Shown here: positions 25,634-41,229 of the stretch, piece by piece
How the letters are laid out: the number at the start of each line of letters is the position of its first letter
Position numbering within the stretch: position 1 is the stretch's first letter
NCBI RefSeq assembly: GCF_009914755.1
Contig: NC_060927.1
Length of the DNA: 64,000 nucleotides
Strand: one strand, 5' to 3'
From: the human T2T-CHM13v2.0 reference genome, Homo sapiens
Notes under the pieces: generated by a model
Databases searched by the model: none
Told to the model about the DNA's origin: nothing
Seen by the model: the letters and a program-made list of their open reading frames with translations, nothing else
Position numbers and translations under genes: made by a program

Positions 25634-28099
25634 AAAAGGTATTATTTAGCTTATTATTTCTCAGAAGGGAAAACTTAATATCCAAAAAATGACAATAACT
25701 TAGCCAAGAGCACCTAATAAGTGAATGCAAAAGCAGGATTCAAATGCTCGTCTTCTTATTTCAAAACCCATAATGTCCCTACCATTCAAGACTGCTTTCC
25801 TCCAGGAAAAAATAATATATGAGGGAAGACAAATTTATCACAAAAATTTAGGTGAAAACATGGCCAGATCAAAGCTCCTGAAGCCAAATATAATTAAGTC
25901 TAATCAAAGGCATCAAGGTCCCACAATCTGATGTTTAATGCTGTATTCTAATGCGATATATGAACAAGGGGGTTTATAACCTTATAAATAACATTTCTAA
26001 AGAGTGCAATTCCTGGGATTCAACATTTCCCTTTCAAGACACAAATTCCCTTAACACATCAGCATAGTTCAGTAAATGTTGATTTGCAACCATCATTATT
26101 ATCTCTTAATTGAATATGTAGATATTACAGATGTCTCCTGAACACTTGAATTAAGTCAGACAAAATGAATAGCCTCTAGAAGATTGCAATTTGAAGGGAA
26201 AGCTATAATTTAAACATCTATATGAAATGCATGAATTTCAAAGTACTTTGAAAGAGTTTTATATTATGAATAAATAAAGTTGTTTAATTCTGGACATTTT
26301 CCAAAATTATAATATTTAATTTCTGTGTTTCCTAAATTCTTCTCTCAAATAAATATCTCCACAAATTGATACAACTACAGCTATGAAAATATTGAAAAAA
26401 TATTTTCAAACATTGAACATTTGGTTATTTCCTCAAAGTTATGATTTTTAGAACAAGAGGTGTTTGCTTTCTAAACAGTTTTTATATGTTTCAACAGAAC
26501 TAGTTATAAGAAATTCACATAATGTTGATGTTTTCCATTTACTGCTTATTATACTTATGTTTTATTTGAGCATTTTTACTGTAAATATTTTCTACCATTT
26601 GTTTTACTAAGGTTATTTTTTTAAATAGGTAAAATTTTAAAATGCTGTTGGATGACTCTTAAAATTTGCTTTAAATGCCTTAATCATTCCATACTTATTT
26701 CCCCTCCCTGAAGGTTTCTTTCTTTATCTCTAAAGGTTACTATTTATTTTTTTCTTTCTTTCTTTCATCACAGAATATAATATCAGCAAATCACAGGCAT
26801 GCATGTAAAAAGTATATAAAAAGAGAGATATTAGGGTGTTTTTCTGCAGTCGTTCCTAAAATATTTCCCCAATGTAAACTTAGAAAGGTTTTTTCTGTTT
26901 TTGTTTTGTTTTGAAGAAGAAGAAGAAAAGAGACGAGTAAAGCACTTGTTAAAACAACAATATTTATGATTCTGAAGGTGAAGGTTACAGAGTACATTCC
27001 TGTAAAGAGTAAATACGAACCAAAAATTATTTTAAACTTAAGAGTAATCAAATTAGTTTAAATTTGTAGGTAATATGGGTAAATGGTAAATAAGAAATGA
27101 ACATTATTTTAAATTTATTAACTTGTTGAAAATAATTTCAAATTTGCTTTAAAACATTACAATGATTAAAGATGTTACAAATCTTTCTTTTAGTTTTTCA
27201 TCTTTACTTTTATTAAAATATCATAGAAGATAATAGGTGAATGTCTTTGAAGAATTCAGAAGTAGATGTATGTGAAAATAGTTTACAATCATCAGAAATG
27301 TTGAGAGTTATGCATCACTAAACATTGCATCGCACACTATGCTCCCGTGTTTACTGTAACATCTGACATCGGGCATGAAATTCAGGGTCAGCCTTTAGTA
27401 GATACAGGAAAAGGTGTCAACTTGGTGAAACAAACTTCTCCATCACATGCCATTGACTTTTTCAGGTATTAAGTTCAGTCAACTCGTAGAATGCTCTACC
27501 ACCAGGAGTTGTCTTACTGTTTTTTTCATGGTACCCGAATGTATTCCTTTATCTTTGTATTTTCTAGAAACTGCCAATATGTGTATAACTTGCCTTTTAA
27601 TTTGAATTCTAATTAAAAGGCACATATTTTATGTTATTTTATTAGTAACTTGGATTGAACAAGTGTTTGTATGATGTATTTGGAGAACGGCTTCTAATAC
27701 GAAGGCAAATAGTGTCATTAAGAAGGAAGAAAGTTTCAGGGCAGAGACAGAGACTATCAGAGCCCTGAATCACTGGTATGGAATGTAAAAGGACCATAGT
27801 ATCTTCAAATAGGACATGAAATAAATAAAAAAAATGACATGAAAGGGAATAACTATTGAGAAGGGAATCTTTCTGCCCTAACTCCAAATCTTTTTATGAT
27901 CTGAAAGCTTGAGAAGGCAAGATCTTTGACATACAATAGAAATGTGACATCCAAGTTATCAGTTTTATTTATTACCATTTTTTTCCTTCATCACTTCAAA
28001 GCATGTCTAAGGAGCACCTACTGAGTGCCGAGCAGATATGTTAGCTGCTTTGAGAGGACCTTGTTCCTCAATGTCCTCCGTGTAATTCTGTGGTCTCCT

Positions 28100-28850
28100 G
28101 CCTCTGCCTTGTGCTGTCATAGTACCTTGTGCATTTCATTAGGATAGTACCTGTCACCAGGTATTGCAGTCATATGCTTATTTCTCTATTTTCTTCCCAT
28201 TACTCTGCACATTTCAAATCTCGTTTGTTAATCTGCAGTACTAAATATAATGCTACACCAATCACAGATTTTCAGATGTTGTTGAACGAATGAGCAGAGC
28301 ACAATCCATGTTTAAGAAGTGATTCCAGGCATAGAATCACTTGTATAATTAGACTCAAAATTTAAAAAAATGTGGTTTTTGAACATGATGGGATAACATA
28401 TTATGGGAGAGTAATGTTTATATAGAAGAGACAACACCTAGTTGACACTTAACTCATAATCACGTATTCACCAGGGTTGGAGAGGTGGAGTTAGTATTCC
28501 ATGCATCAGTATGGAGGCTGTAATGTATGAGAGAGATTGACATTTTTAGGGAACAGCAAGACGTTTGGTATGTCAGGAGCCAAGAGCTGGTTGGTGGGGA
28601 AAGCAGATTGGGATCAGACTGTGAATGGACCCAGACAACATTATACAGAAACTGGATGTTTTCCTGAAGGTAGCAAGGGATCAGCATAGGATACACAAGT
28701 CAGGTTAAACGTCATTCTGTTAACACCTTAAAGGATAAATGAATGAAAAAGTACTATTGACAAAAAGAGCAATTTAGAGATTGTTGCAGAATTTCAGTTA
28801 GAAAGTGATTTAGGTCTGATCCAAGATGATGACATTAGGTTAAATATATA
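28100..28850. mobile_element. L2 fragments (plus ~28100-28295, minus ~28380-28850)
   Basis: L2 3' end 'tgttgttgaacgaatga'; reverse L2 'tttagggaacagcaag...ttagagattgttgcagaatttcag'. Confidence 0.5.
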
Positions 28851-29196
28851 TTCTGGAATTTAAGCAAGTCTTTGAACCACATTTCTATCTTGCTTCAGAA
28901 AGTGGATTTCTACCATCTTAGTTTTTGCCTAATCTATACCTTATTATGCTCACATTCCAGAGCCAACTAAACATTATTCAAAGAGTCAACCCAAATAATT
29001 AAATTGGAGCCCTAAAATCCACTCTGGCTACTAAAGCCCAACTTTGTAACATAGAGCATGTTAAAATTTAAGTTAGAACTTCTACCACTGCATTGCATGT
29101 CACAAACATGTTATTGTTTTAATGTATTGCATTAATGCGTTTCAGCCTCTAACATTGAGTTCTGTTGGTTCTTCATCTTTTCTTAGCTAAAAAAAA

Positions 29197-29255
29197 ACTA
29201 GTGATAGAAGTATATACACTAGTGATAGAAGTAAATACACTAGTAATAGAAAATA
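29197..29255. repeat. 21-bp tandem repeat, ~2.8 copies
   Basis: Unit 'actagtgatagaagtatatac'. Confidence 0.85.
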
Positions 29256-29631
29256 TTTTTCCAATTCAGTTAACCATTCGTTATATAAAACTTTTTTAAA
29301 TGTTCTACCCTATACTCTCATCTCTAGCATCATGAGGCACGTAGAACTATAGTGAGAAAAATCTCACATGTTGGCTTCCAGTTCTTAAATAGCATGATTT
29401 TCATATGAAATGGAAAATTATTAGAGCTGGACATTTTAAAATAAGATTGAAATCAGTTGAAGCAGCCTAAGTTCTTGGTCTTGATAGGTTATTTTTTCCC
29501 AAAATTATATTGTTTGGACAGGGAGAAAGAAGCTTGGAGTTAGAATTATATCTAATATCTTAAACATTTTTCCTTTAAACCTCTGGGGGACAGAGATATC
29601 AGGTATGAAGGTTAGAATGTAGGCATGAATG

Positions 29632-29969
<338 letters not shown>

Positions 29970-30323
29970 TTACTACAGTTCTCAGGCTTTCCATCTCCTT
30001 GACCTTCAAAACAGAACGACCTCACAGGCCTCAGATTAAAATTGATACAAAAAAAAGAAAAAGAAAAAAATCATTCATGTATTTGCCAGATATAATGGGA
30101 GGCCATTACCCTTTGCACTGCAGAGATGTGTGCAAAGTGTCTCCTCATACTTAGATAGACAGCCCTGTTTGTTTAATACTGCTACCCAGTTTTGAGTAAA
30201 CTAGTTATAGTCAGCAGGGAATTCATTCAGAAGATAGATTATGGAATAAAACCAAATTTGACACGATGAATATATTATTTAAACTATAAACCTAAGAGAT
30301 ACTGGTTTACTGCAAAAAATAGC

Positions 30324-30410
30324 AACTAAAAAGTATTATATAGAGAAAATAATACAATGAAAAACTAAAAAGTATTTTATGGAGAAAATAATACAATGAA
30401 AAACTAAAAA
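30324..30410. repeat. 39-bp tandem duplication (~2.2 copies)
   Basis: Unit 'aactaaaaagtattatatagagaaaataatacaatgaaa'. Confidence 0.85.
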
Positions 30411-31850
30411 TGAAAGTAAATAAAAAATATTAACCTCATAGCAAGGAGGAAGAATAGAATGGAAGGTTTTTAAAAACTAGTTTAAAAAAAAGCTGTTGTC
30501 ACTTTTCATTGAAATTACATGAAATGAGACAAGAAATTTAGTTTAAGATTTAATCAATTATGATGATAAAATTTTTAGGAAAAAATTAAGTGTCTATTAT
30601 TTGCTCAGATAACCTAACTTTACAAGATAGTTATCCAAACTTTTATATAGCTTTACCTGTGATTATACCACTTGGAAATGCTATTAATGAGGCAGTGGTA
30701 ATAATGAAATATCTCATAGAAAAGATGATTCATTATTCAGTGCAGTACAGTCAAGCAAGTTTCAAGTTGCATAATTGTAATAGGAGCAGAAAATGACAAA
30801 GACAGAAGAAACCTTGTTACAGGGTACAATTTAAATATAGTATTTGGGAAACGAATGTGAAAGACATTTTTCCCTGAAATTAAAACCAACTCATCTGCCT
30901 CACATTCTTTTTCACAGTATTTCATCACAATGTCTTCTCTTGTTGAATTTAAATGACTGTGACATTATTTTTCATACCTTGGCAAATTTTGCAAGGAGAT
31001 ATTGTCTTAAGTATATTAATAATTCTTAAATGTGTGGTCAAAGATTGGGTTTAATTGGAAACACAATTATAATATTGATTGTTCATAGTTCAATTTCTTG
31101 GCAGATATTTCTTCTGCAAGCTACTGTTGACCATAAAAATGGAATGGTGATTTTGAATTGTACCATGCTTGTTTAATGTAGCACGTATACTTCTTGGCTT
31201 AACATGGGCTGCTTTACAAAATTGTATAAAACTGGCTTGCTTTATTTTTCTACAGCACAGAATAGCATGCTGCATGTATTATTCAACTTGTTGAAGCATC
31301 CTAGAAAATATTTTTTATTGTTAAAATTGTAGTGACAAGTAGACGTTAATTATTTGTTATAACACAAAGAACTTTTATACTATATTCCAATTTTGTTTTA
31401 CACTGAAGTCTTCATTTGAAAATATGAGCGAAAGATTGACTTTAAATTTCCAGAGATGATTAGCTGCCAGCTCTAATCAAATTGAGAAGTAATTAGCAAA
31501 TCAAAACTTGATTAGGTCTTTGCTTGATTTACTGAAATTACAGTTTATTCAGTTTAAATAATGGGGGAGGGGAGTTGACTATACTTTAGATAAAGTAGAA
31601 TCAACTATGCTGAAGCAGGAGGGGAGCCCAATATCCTAAGAATTGTCTAAACCTGACAATACTTTTTTTGGCATTTCTTTGTGATACTATAATGCTACAC
31701 AGTAGTCTTTTGTGTTTTTATGAGAATAAAGGTTTCTGTCATTTGTCAAATATAATCTGATATATATTTTAAGTTTTTAAGGATTATTGTTATTATATGT
31801 GGAGTCATTGTTTAATCATAGATGTTAGATGTTTAATCATAGATGTTAGA

Positions 31851-31938
31851 GCCCTACCCTCATTATATTCTTAATACATTTTTTAGGCTCCATTTCTAAA
31901 TACAGCTACATTGGGGGTTAGGGCTTTAGCATATGAAT
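31851..31938 (-). mobile_element. Short MLT1 LTR fragment (local copy of 32310-32406)
   Basis: Shares the 20-nt identity 'cctcattatattcttaatac' and the following sequence with the neighbouring LTR. Confidence 0.7.
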
Positions 31939-32036
31939 TTTTCAATTCCTGGATATAAAAAAGTTTCAAGGTATGCTAGTTCATGCATTTAACTATTGGA
32001 TATTTAAGATTGAAAGAAAGAAAGTGAGTATACCCA

Positions 32037-32438
32037 TGCATTACTCTGCTATGGTTACCATAACAGAATATCACAGGCTGACACACACTTATTTTCTCAG
32101 AGTTCTAGAGTCTGGAATTTCAAGATCAAAGTTTTAGCAGCGTTGGTGTCTGGTGAGGGCTGTCTTCCAGGTTTACAGACGACCACCTTCTTGCTGTATC
32201 TGTACATAGATTTTCCTGTGTGTGTGCAAAGAAAGAGAGAGAGGAAGAAAGAGAAAGAGTTCCGGCATCCATTCCTCTTCTTAGAAGGATGCCAGTCTTA
32301 CTGGATTAGGCCCTATGCCTTATGACCTCATTATATTCTTAATACCTCCTTATAGGCCCTGTTTCCAATACAGCCACACTGGGGTTTAGGGCTTCAGCAT
32401 ATGAATAGTGGTGGAGGAGCACAATTCAGTCCATAGCA
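32037..32438 (-). mobile_element. MLT1A/MST-type MaLR solo LTR
   Basis: Minus strand starts 'tgctatggactgaattgtgctcc...attcatatgctgaagccctaaacccc'. Confidence 0.85.
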
Positions 32439-35400
32439 ACTAATAATCAGTGTTTCTATACAAAACAAACTTAATAGAACCAAATGATAAAAGAGAAGAG
32501 AACTTTCTGCCCGGTTACTTTCACTGCCCAGTAGCTGCAGGGCAGTGAGAGGTACAGCAGCAACGTTCCAAACCAAAAGTGTCCCCAGCACTTCTTGAGA
32601 TGACACTCAGAGCTACAATCACCCTTCTAGATTTCACTCTCATGGAATGACCGTTTTGGTCATTGATATCATGCCTTTGCCCAAACTTAAATGTGAAAGC
32701 CCTTAGCCAAAATTAAATAGGGAAGTAAGTAACTCTGGCTCATTTCTAGAGCTTCAAGTACAGTAGTATGTATTTTAATAACTTTGAAGTCTCAAGAATT
32801 GCCAAAACTGCAGCTCATTATTTTCTGTCAGCTATTTGTTAAGTGGTCCAGTTTTTCATTGCTTCCTGAACAAAAGTCAGGAGGTTCAAAATGTCATTTA
32901 TATATCCAGAAAGACTCTTTTCTGGCTCCCTATCAATAGTGGCACCATTATATAAGATTTTTCCTAATGAAGTATGTTTTTTTAAGCATTCTATTTTTGG
33001 AGGTGTATACTAAACTTAATTGTTGAATAACTATATCAAAGTTCTTAAAATTTTGATTATAAGCCCATTCTTCTCTTTTCTGATACTTTCTCTCATCTAG
33101 AAAGTATCATATGGAATACATTCAGCCATCATTTTTAATAGTTAAATTGAAATTTTGATTTATGAAAAATAAAAATTGTATCTCATAAGTGATATTCTAC
33201 TTTTCCCCATATCATTTAGTTGTAGATTTTTTCAAGTAAGGCATTTAAAACACAAATCCGTTTCAGAAATATGACAAAATTGTTGCAGCAGTTAAAAGAC
33301 AAGCTGCGTTTTAAACAACTTTTTATTTTAAATAAAGTAATAAAATTATAGAGACATCTAGGTACCAAATACAATTTTCTAGAAAACATTTTAAACACAT
33401 TAGACTTTTGAGGCAAACACCATGTATTTAGACAACAGTAAGTTTCCTCTCTCACTTTGTTTTTACATAAAAATAAATATAAATTTGCTTTTACTGGTCT
33501 TATTAGTAAGGTGGTTATGCTAGAACTATATTAAAGTCACTACATGATTTTCAGATAATTTTAAGGGTATATTTACTTAGAGATTAAAGCTCTGTAAAAA
33601 TTTTTATACCACAATTATTTTTATTAAAATTAATCTTGGATATAATAAAATAATGAAATGTTTGTTGAAATGAACTTTTTTAAAAGTAAAAATATATAAT
33701 CTGTAAAGAATATCCTTACAATATGGATATAGTGTTTTTTCTATTTTAAGAATGATATATTGCCCATTGGCCTAAAAATATATTCAGAAATAAAAGAGAC
33801 AACAAAAGAAAAACTTTATTTTGAAACGTTGAACTCTGGGGAGGGGGTAAGAAAATACGTTATTAATAGAAAAATAATTCTCAAAGTGGAACAGCATTCT
33901 TGACCCTAGATATACTCCCTATGGTGTCTCTTTTAGAAATGTATTTGAACTAAATCTGCCTTCATGAGTTAGGACAGTAAAATATTTAAAGCAGTAATAC
34001 TTTTTTTTGTTGTTGATGTCCCTGATCAATGCAAGCACTCAAGACCAGCCTGGATTCTAGTGGATCATTTCCTGTCATTTCAGTTAGTACCTGGGATAAA
34101 AATTACATTCAATGTTAAACCTAAATACTTATCCCTTTTAGTTTCCTCCTTTGGAATACAGCATTTCTATAAGCTTCCATAGCAACTGACTTCAACCTGA
34201 ACTGTTTCCTAGATGATTGGGTGCTTAGCTTTACAATTGTTTATAGACATGTCAATCTAGTTAAATATCAGATAATCATTCCACAATAAATTTTTATGTT
34301 CTATGATTTATTCAAAGGCACATTCTGAAAATCCTCAAAACTTGGTTTACTGGTAAGCAGTTAATGAATGAAGTCAACAGTCAATTAGGAGCACAAAAAC
34401 TGACTTCAAGTTTCTGACAGGGTGATTTTCTCTAAAAAGAAGTATTCTGGTGCAATAGAACAAAACTGTGAAACAGGTAGTTTGCATTCACTGTTTCATA
34501 CAGTCATATCAAATTCTCATCACTGTATCAACTGATTTTAGAGGAAAGTTGTTTCTCACTAAGTATATTTGCATTTTAAAACAGAACACTGTAAATAAAC
34601 CATAAAAAAGTCTTGAGGACCCAAAGAAAGGAATGACATTTTAGGCACGATGACATATTGTAGAGGGAAGTTATTCAGAATAGTAGTCCTTCTGGTTACT
34701 TCTCAAATCGCAGCATAGAGGTGGTCTATTTTTGACTTATACTTGAAAACTAGGCCAGATTTAAAGCCGGGAAATAAAATATTATAATATATTTTTATTA
34801 GCTGCCAATGTGTCTTGTTGATCAATCTAATCTATTTTGTCACTAATTAACACAGGGCAATAAATAAATTAATTCTTTGGACTGTCTTTATATCCTTGGC
34901 CTGTGGTAAAACATCCCATGTCTTCTAAAGACATACAAGGTGTTTTTCTTTATAATATATTCTTTGGTTTTCTATGGAAATTTAAAACTCTCTATTCAAG
35001 CAATTTTTTGAACGTAACTTGGATTTGTAATCTTAGGCATTTTAACAATTTAAGCTTTGGTCTCATCGTCTATAATGTGAGAGGAATTTAATTAGATCAG
35101 TGTTGGGAAAGATGAGGGACAAAATTCCCAAAACACTGCCCTTTACCAAGTACCCATGAAAGATACAGATAATTAATTTGTCATGTACATTTTCTTGCTA
35201 AAACTTGTAATATTTATTCAAATTTATACCACATAGCCATGGTATATAATTTGAGTTTAGCATGGGAAATGAAACCATTTTGTAATCCTCAAATATAGAT
35301 AAACACGGAGCTTTCCTTTTAGCTTAAGTTTTTAATTGTATTTTTTCTTATACCTAGAATGTTGTCCTCATTTATACTAGATGCCAGGAGTTTTGTGGAA

Positions 35401-38400
35401 TATATATATTTGTGCAAACTACTTAGAAGTTTTAAAAAATATTTAACATAAAGGAAGTTTTCAAAAATATTTAAGATAAAGGACAACCCTTTACAATACA
35501 CACTAAAGTTAATCTGTTTTAGAGACTTGTGAAATTTTTTTGCATAGAGAGTGTTTTTGTGATTTTTAATATTTGAGGACACACTTTATAAATGATGCTT
35601 TTTTAAAATTGACTTTTAGAAAAATTCATTTAAATATAATCTGTATTAAATCCCCACATAGAACAAAAGACAAAAAATATTTTAGATGCAATTTTATTTT
35701 ATAAATGTATTGATTGCTAATTTTATTCAAATATTTTTGTGACCCCTACCCCTTATTAAAAAAATGAAAACTACAAAACCACGTAGATATCCATTCACTA
35801 ATTTCATATCAACTATGATTCATATTTCTCTAGACAACAAAAATAAAAGAAAGGAATTGACTTGCCACTCAGTTGATTAGTGTTTATGTATCAATAGATC
35901 CTTTCTGGGTTTGATTAAGTCTCCTTTTATCATTTCCATGTATCCCATCTATGTTTCCTCCATTTATTCTGCATTTTTATTAATTTTCTTTCTTTCTTTT
36001 ATGTGCAATTGAAATGAGTTACATCTTGCCCATTAAGAAACTGTTTCAAAACACTTTGGTCTAAACTTTAATACAGATTTTTGCCCATGTTTCTGTGGTG
36101 TAATTTAGGTAATTGACAGAGACAAAGCCAGTTCACAAAGTTAATTAAAATTTCCCATCTCTTCACTTCCAATTAGTTTCATTGATATGACACACTTTTT
36201 TCTATTTAATGTCTTCCCGTTATCACAAGGCAGTACACAGGTTATGCTAGTTTGTCAAATAAATGGTGATTATTAAAATAATCTTTAAGTAGACACTATT
36301 TTGATGTTTTAATTGTCCTCTTGTCTTTGAGCAGCTGAATGTTGTAATTAGTATTTACTTCATTTACGTAGCAATTTTAATTTGTTCTTGAAGGTTTTTT
36401 CCACCCCCCTCTATCTGGGAACCAGAAAGGGTTTAATGCAATGCAAAGGAAATAAGAAATAATAGTATTATATGTTTAACTGCAATGTGGTAACTGAAAT
36501 AATGGTTTAAAACTATGGCATCTTTAACTCTGATTCTATATGCCTCTCTTAAATGTTTAAAATCATTTATTATGTGGGGCATATAACTTTGTTAAATTAT
36601 ATTTAATCTAAAGGAAGTTTTATAGGAATGCTGTTAAAGAAATTTTTGTAGATTAATGTTATAGTCCTAAGAAGAAATCCAATAATTACTGCAAGTTTTT
36701 CTCCATTACTGAGATTTCACCTGGATGGCTTAGTTTTACACACATTACAAGAGCGTTAACATCTTTTCTTTGGATGCATTTTTGAATTTAGCTTTTTTGA
36801 AAGCCATGTAATATTCATGGAAATGAATCATCTGTCAAAATAGTCGTTTTGGTTTTTATATTTTTACTCATAAATTCAGATTCATCAAAATACTTCTCCT
36901 TTTTTTTCCTCCCACAGTGGATTTAATGCCATGTAAAAAGAAAGAAATAAGCTATTATTTTGATGATTTATGTTTTTGTAAATTCCTCTTGTGCTCTATG
37001 TAGAAAGAGAAGTTAACCAGACTGGGTGAAGAAATTACTTTTATGATATAACATCCTTTTCTATGGAAATTGAGACCATTTTAAATAAATTTCTATTTTA
37101 AAGCAATAAGAAAAACAGGATGATGAATACTTTGCAAAAAGAGTTATCTGAATTTAGAATACTTCACAGACTCTTAAGAGATTAACTTCATTTTTATTAC
37201 AATGGCCATTTCAATGTCATCACTTTCTAATGAAACCACTTCTGTTTCTTAAGAGTTTATTTTGTTCATTTATTTTGAGTCAATAACTATATATACTTAT
37301 TGTTTAGCAAAATATTTATGTAGGACATCACTTAAATTAATTATTTTATAGAACAGAAAACTGAAGTAGCCACAAAATATGGCTGAGATATGCATTGCTG
37401 TTGAATTTTTATCTTAGATTCTGTTTCCCAAAAAGTTCTAACTCTCATGTTTTGAAATCGATAAAGAAAACATATTCTAAAAACAAGAAGCACTTAGTTA
37501 GTGTGACCTTCTCTAACCCAGACAACTGTAATGTCACTGTTTTATGGTACCTTTAGTTACAAAAATCAGAAATGTAGTTAAGTTACCTTAAGAGAAAGCA
37601 GATTTATGAGATTATAGATCTCAAGGAATTAAAGGAAAGGCTTAACAATGCAGGTACCAGGACTTCTCTTAAACGCAAAGGAGACCGTGATTCTGCAGTC
37701 TTGAGTTCAGCCATTGGTGTAACTTAGCTATGAACTCACTCATGCTTTGTGTCTCATGGTTTGAATCTTGATTTCAGTGGCTCAGTCCAGTTATAAATTC
37801 GTTTTCATTTGGTCAGGGACTGGTGAACTATGGCCAGAAGAGGTTGTATCACATTATATGAAGGACAACCAGGTCTGTGGGAGAGGAAGTGTGTGGAAGA
37901 GGATTAGTGAGAAGTGAGGATAATAAAAGCAAGGAAGCAATCAATAGCCGTTATATAGGCATCACTCTAGACCTCTGTGAAACCTCTTCATTTCTCCTCA
38001 TCTTTCTCTATAAATTCTATGTAATTAAATTGGGCTTGGCATATTCTGCTCTTTAAGGTGGTCATTTTTTTGTGGCTACATATTTTATCTCCAAAAATCA
38101 TGACGTTCAATTAAGTAAATGTTCTAGATATGGGAGAGGGCTACGTTCTCAGCCGGCAGCTCTTCTTCGCCAAGCCACAAAAAGTGAAGCCTTCTGAAAA
38201 TTTCCTCCTGAAGTTGAGATATTTCTGTTACCCATTACACTACTGGGGAAGTAAGGAGAAGCGCTTTTGTGACAAATGTTGTGAGTAGATAAAAGATCTC
38301 TTTTTGAACAGGCTTTAATAATAATTGTGTTTTAAAAGACAAGCAAATACAAAGTACTGACATGGGGAAGTTTCGTGATATCATATTAAATGAAAAATTA

Positions 38401-38557
38401 GTTTCAAAACAGCATTTACAAAGGATACTGAGTGTGTGTGTAACTATGTGTTAGTGTGTGGGTGTTTGTATACAGATATTATATTTTAAGTGATCAGAAA
38501 AAAAAAAAAAAACCTCCAAAGAGAAATGCCAAAATGCTAAATCTGATTTTTCTAGAA

Positions 38558-38732
38558 CAGTGGTTCTCAAAGTATAAATGTGCAGCATTGGTGTAACCTA
38601 GGAACTTGTTAGAAAAACAAATTATTTCTATTGAATCAGGAACTCTGGGAATTGGGCCCAACAATCTGAGTTTTAATAAGCCCATGAGCCCTCCAGGTGA
38701 TTATGTTGAACACTCAAGTTTGAGAACCAGTA
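38558..38732. mobile_element. MER5A inserted in an old L1M fragment (~38340-38810)
   Basis: TIRs 'cagtggttctcaaa' / 'tttgagaaccagta'; hAT-type target ttctagaa/ctctagtc. Confidence 0.85.
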
Positions 38733-39767
38733 CTCTAGTCTAAATGATATGATTACAGGTGATTTATTTTCTTCCTGGGACTTAATGAATATGTATTTTG
38801 TTTAAATTTATAAAGCACCATAAATGTTAATTTTCAAAAGAAGGATGCCTTCTAAATGGCCACATTATATACTTCTTTGTAAACCCTGCTCTTGCAGCAG
38901 TTATTTGCATACTAGATGCACAAAATGCATGCTGATGGCTTGATTCAAATTGGCTTCAAATTGCGCCTTCATTTCTACCATTTTCCGCACCCCCAAAAAC
39001 GTATTGAATGTGGTCCACCTAGGTCAAGTTCATGGTTTGAACAACTTTAACCAATGAAATGTGAAACAATTTATTTTAATACATTTCCTCAGGGCTACAA
39101 CATAAATAAAATTTATCTTGCATAAACTGCCATAGCTTGAGTGTAGAATTATTTAATTTATTTCAAAAATTCAAATCAGAATTAATGTAATACATTCTGA
39201 AAAATTCAGTGAACATTTTATGTTGAACTGGGTGTCAGCATTAATATTTCATTGCTATTCTTGAGTTTGTTGATGTTGTAGGTCAAATTAAAGGTCACTT
39301 AACAAGAGCAATTACAAGGAAGCAAGCAAGTTGCAAATTAGTCATGTCTTTGTGTATTCGTACTCCACCCATTCAGTTTTTCCAGCTCCTAAGGATTGTA
39401 TAACAGTTGTTTTCCTTGTATATTATATACTCTGGGCAATATGAAGACATGGTCAGTTAACAAGAAGGAATTTTACAAAAAAGAAGCATGTTAGAAATAA
39501 TTTTTAGGAAGAAAATAAAGACTGCTCCAATAAGACTCAAAGAAACAGATATAAAAAGACAAATCACAATTTCTGATATAACAAAGAAATTGAAAAGAGA
39601 GTACAATAAAACCTTTTTTATTGTTTTGTCTTCTTTGGAGGTTATATAAATTTCTATATAATCTCTACTAATTCAGGTCATACTAATGTAGGATATGTTT
39701 CCCAAACCTCATTATTCTTGCTTTCCAAACTCTGACTACACCCTTGGTTTACAATACATAATCTTAG

Positions 39768-40118
<351 letters not shown>

Positions 40119-40299
40119 AACTAAACTTATTTTTAATGACTTAAGATGTCAGTCTCGTTTACCCAATTAAAGGATTAGTATCTTGAGAGCCAAGAGAGGC
40201 AGTGGATGCTTCCTTTATACCATGTTCTTATTAAATAATGAAAAAATGATATTAATTGGTTGGGCCATGAGCCTTCTAGAAGCAGGGGTTAGCGTGTGA

Positions 40300-40700
40300 T
40301 ATCTGCGTTAGTTGTCTTGCATCATAACAAATTACCCCAAAACTCAATGACTTAAAACAATGCATATATATGATATCCGTTTATTTGGATTAAAAATTCT
40401 AGGCTCACCTTAGCTGGGTCCTATAATTCACAGTATCAGACAAAGCTAAAGTTAAGGAGTTTGATCAGGTACAGTCATCTCAATGCTTGACTTGGAAACA
40501 ATCTGCTTCTACTCTCACTTGTAGTAATTTCTGGCAGGATTCACTTCCTCATTGCCTTTTGGACTGAGATGCTCACTTCTATGCCAGCAACAAATACATA
40601 GTTCTTAACATGGTCATGGAATAGCAAAGAGATTAGAGTCTGGAACAGAATGTGTGGTGGGGGAAAGAAATGGAAAATGAAGTCAGAGTGAAGGGTGGTG
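40300..40700 (-). mobile_element. MLT1E/F/G-type LTR fragment
   Basis: 'ataacaaattaccccaaaactcaatgacttaaaacaa...ttagctgggtcc...tggcaggattcacttcct'. Confidence 0.7.
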
Positions 40701-40716
40701 GAAAGATTATTTATGA

Positions 40717-41207
<491 letters not shown>

Positions 41208-41229
41208 ACGAGAATATTAGGATAATTAC

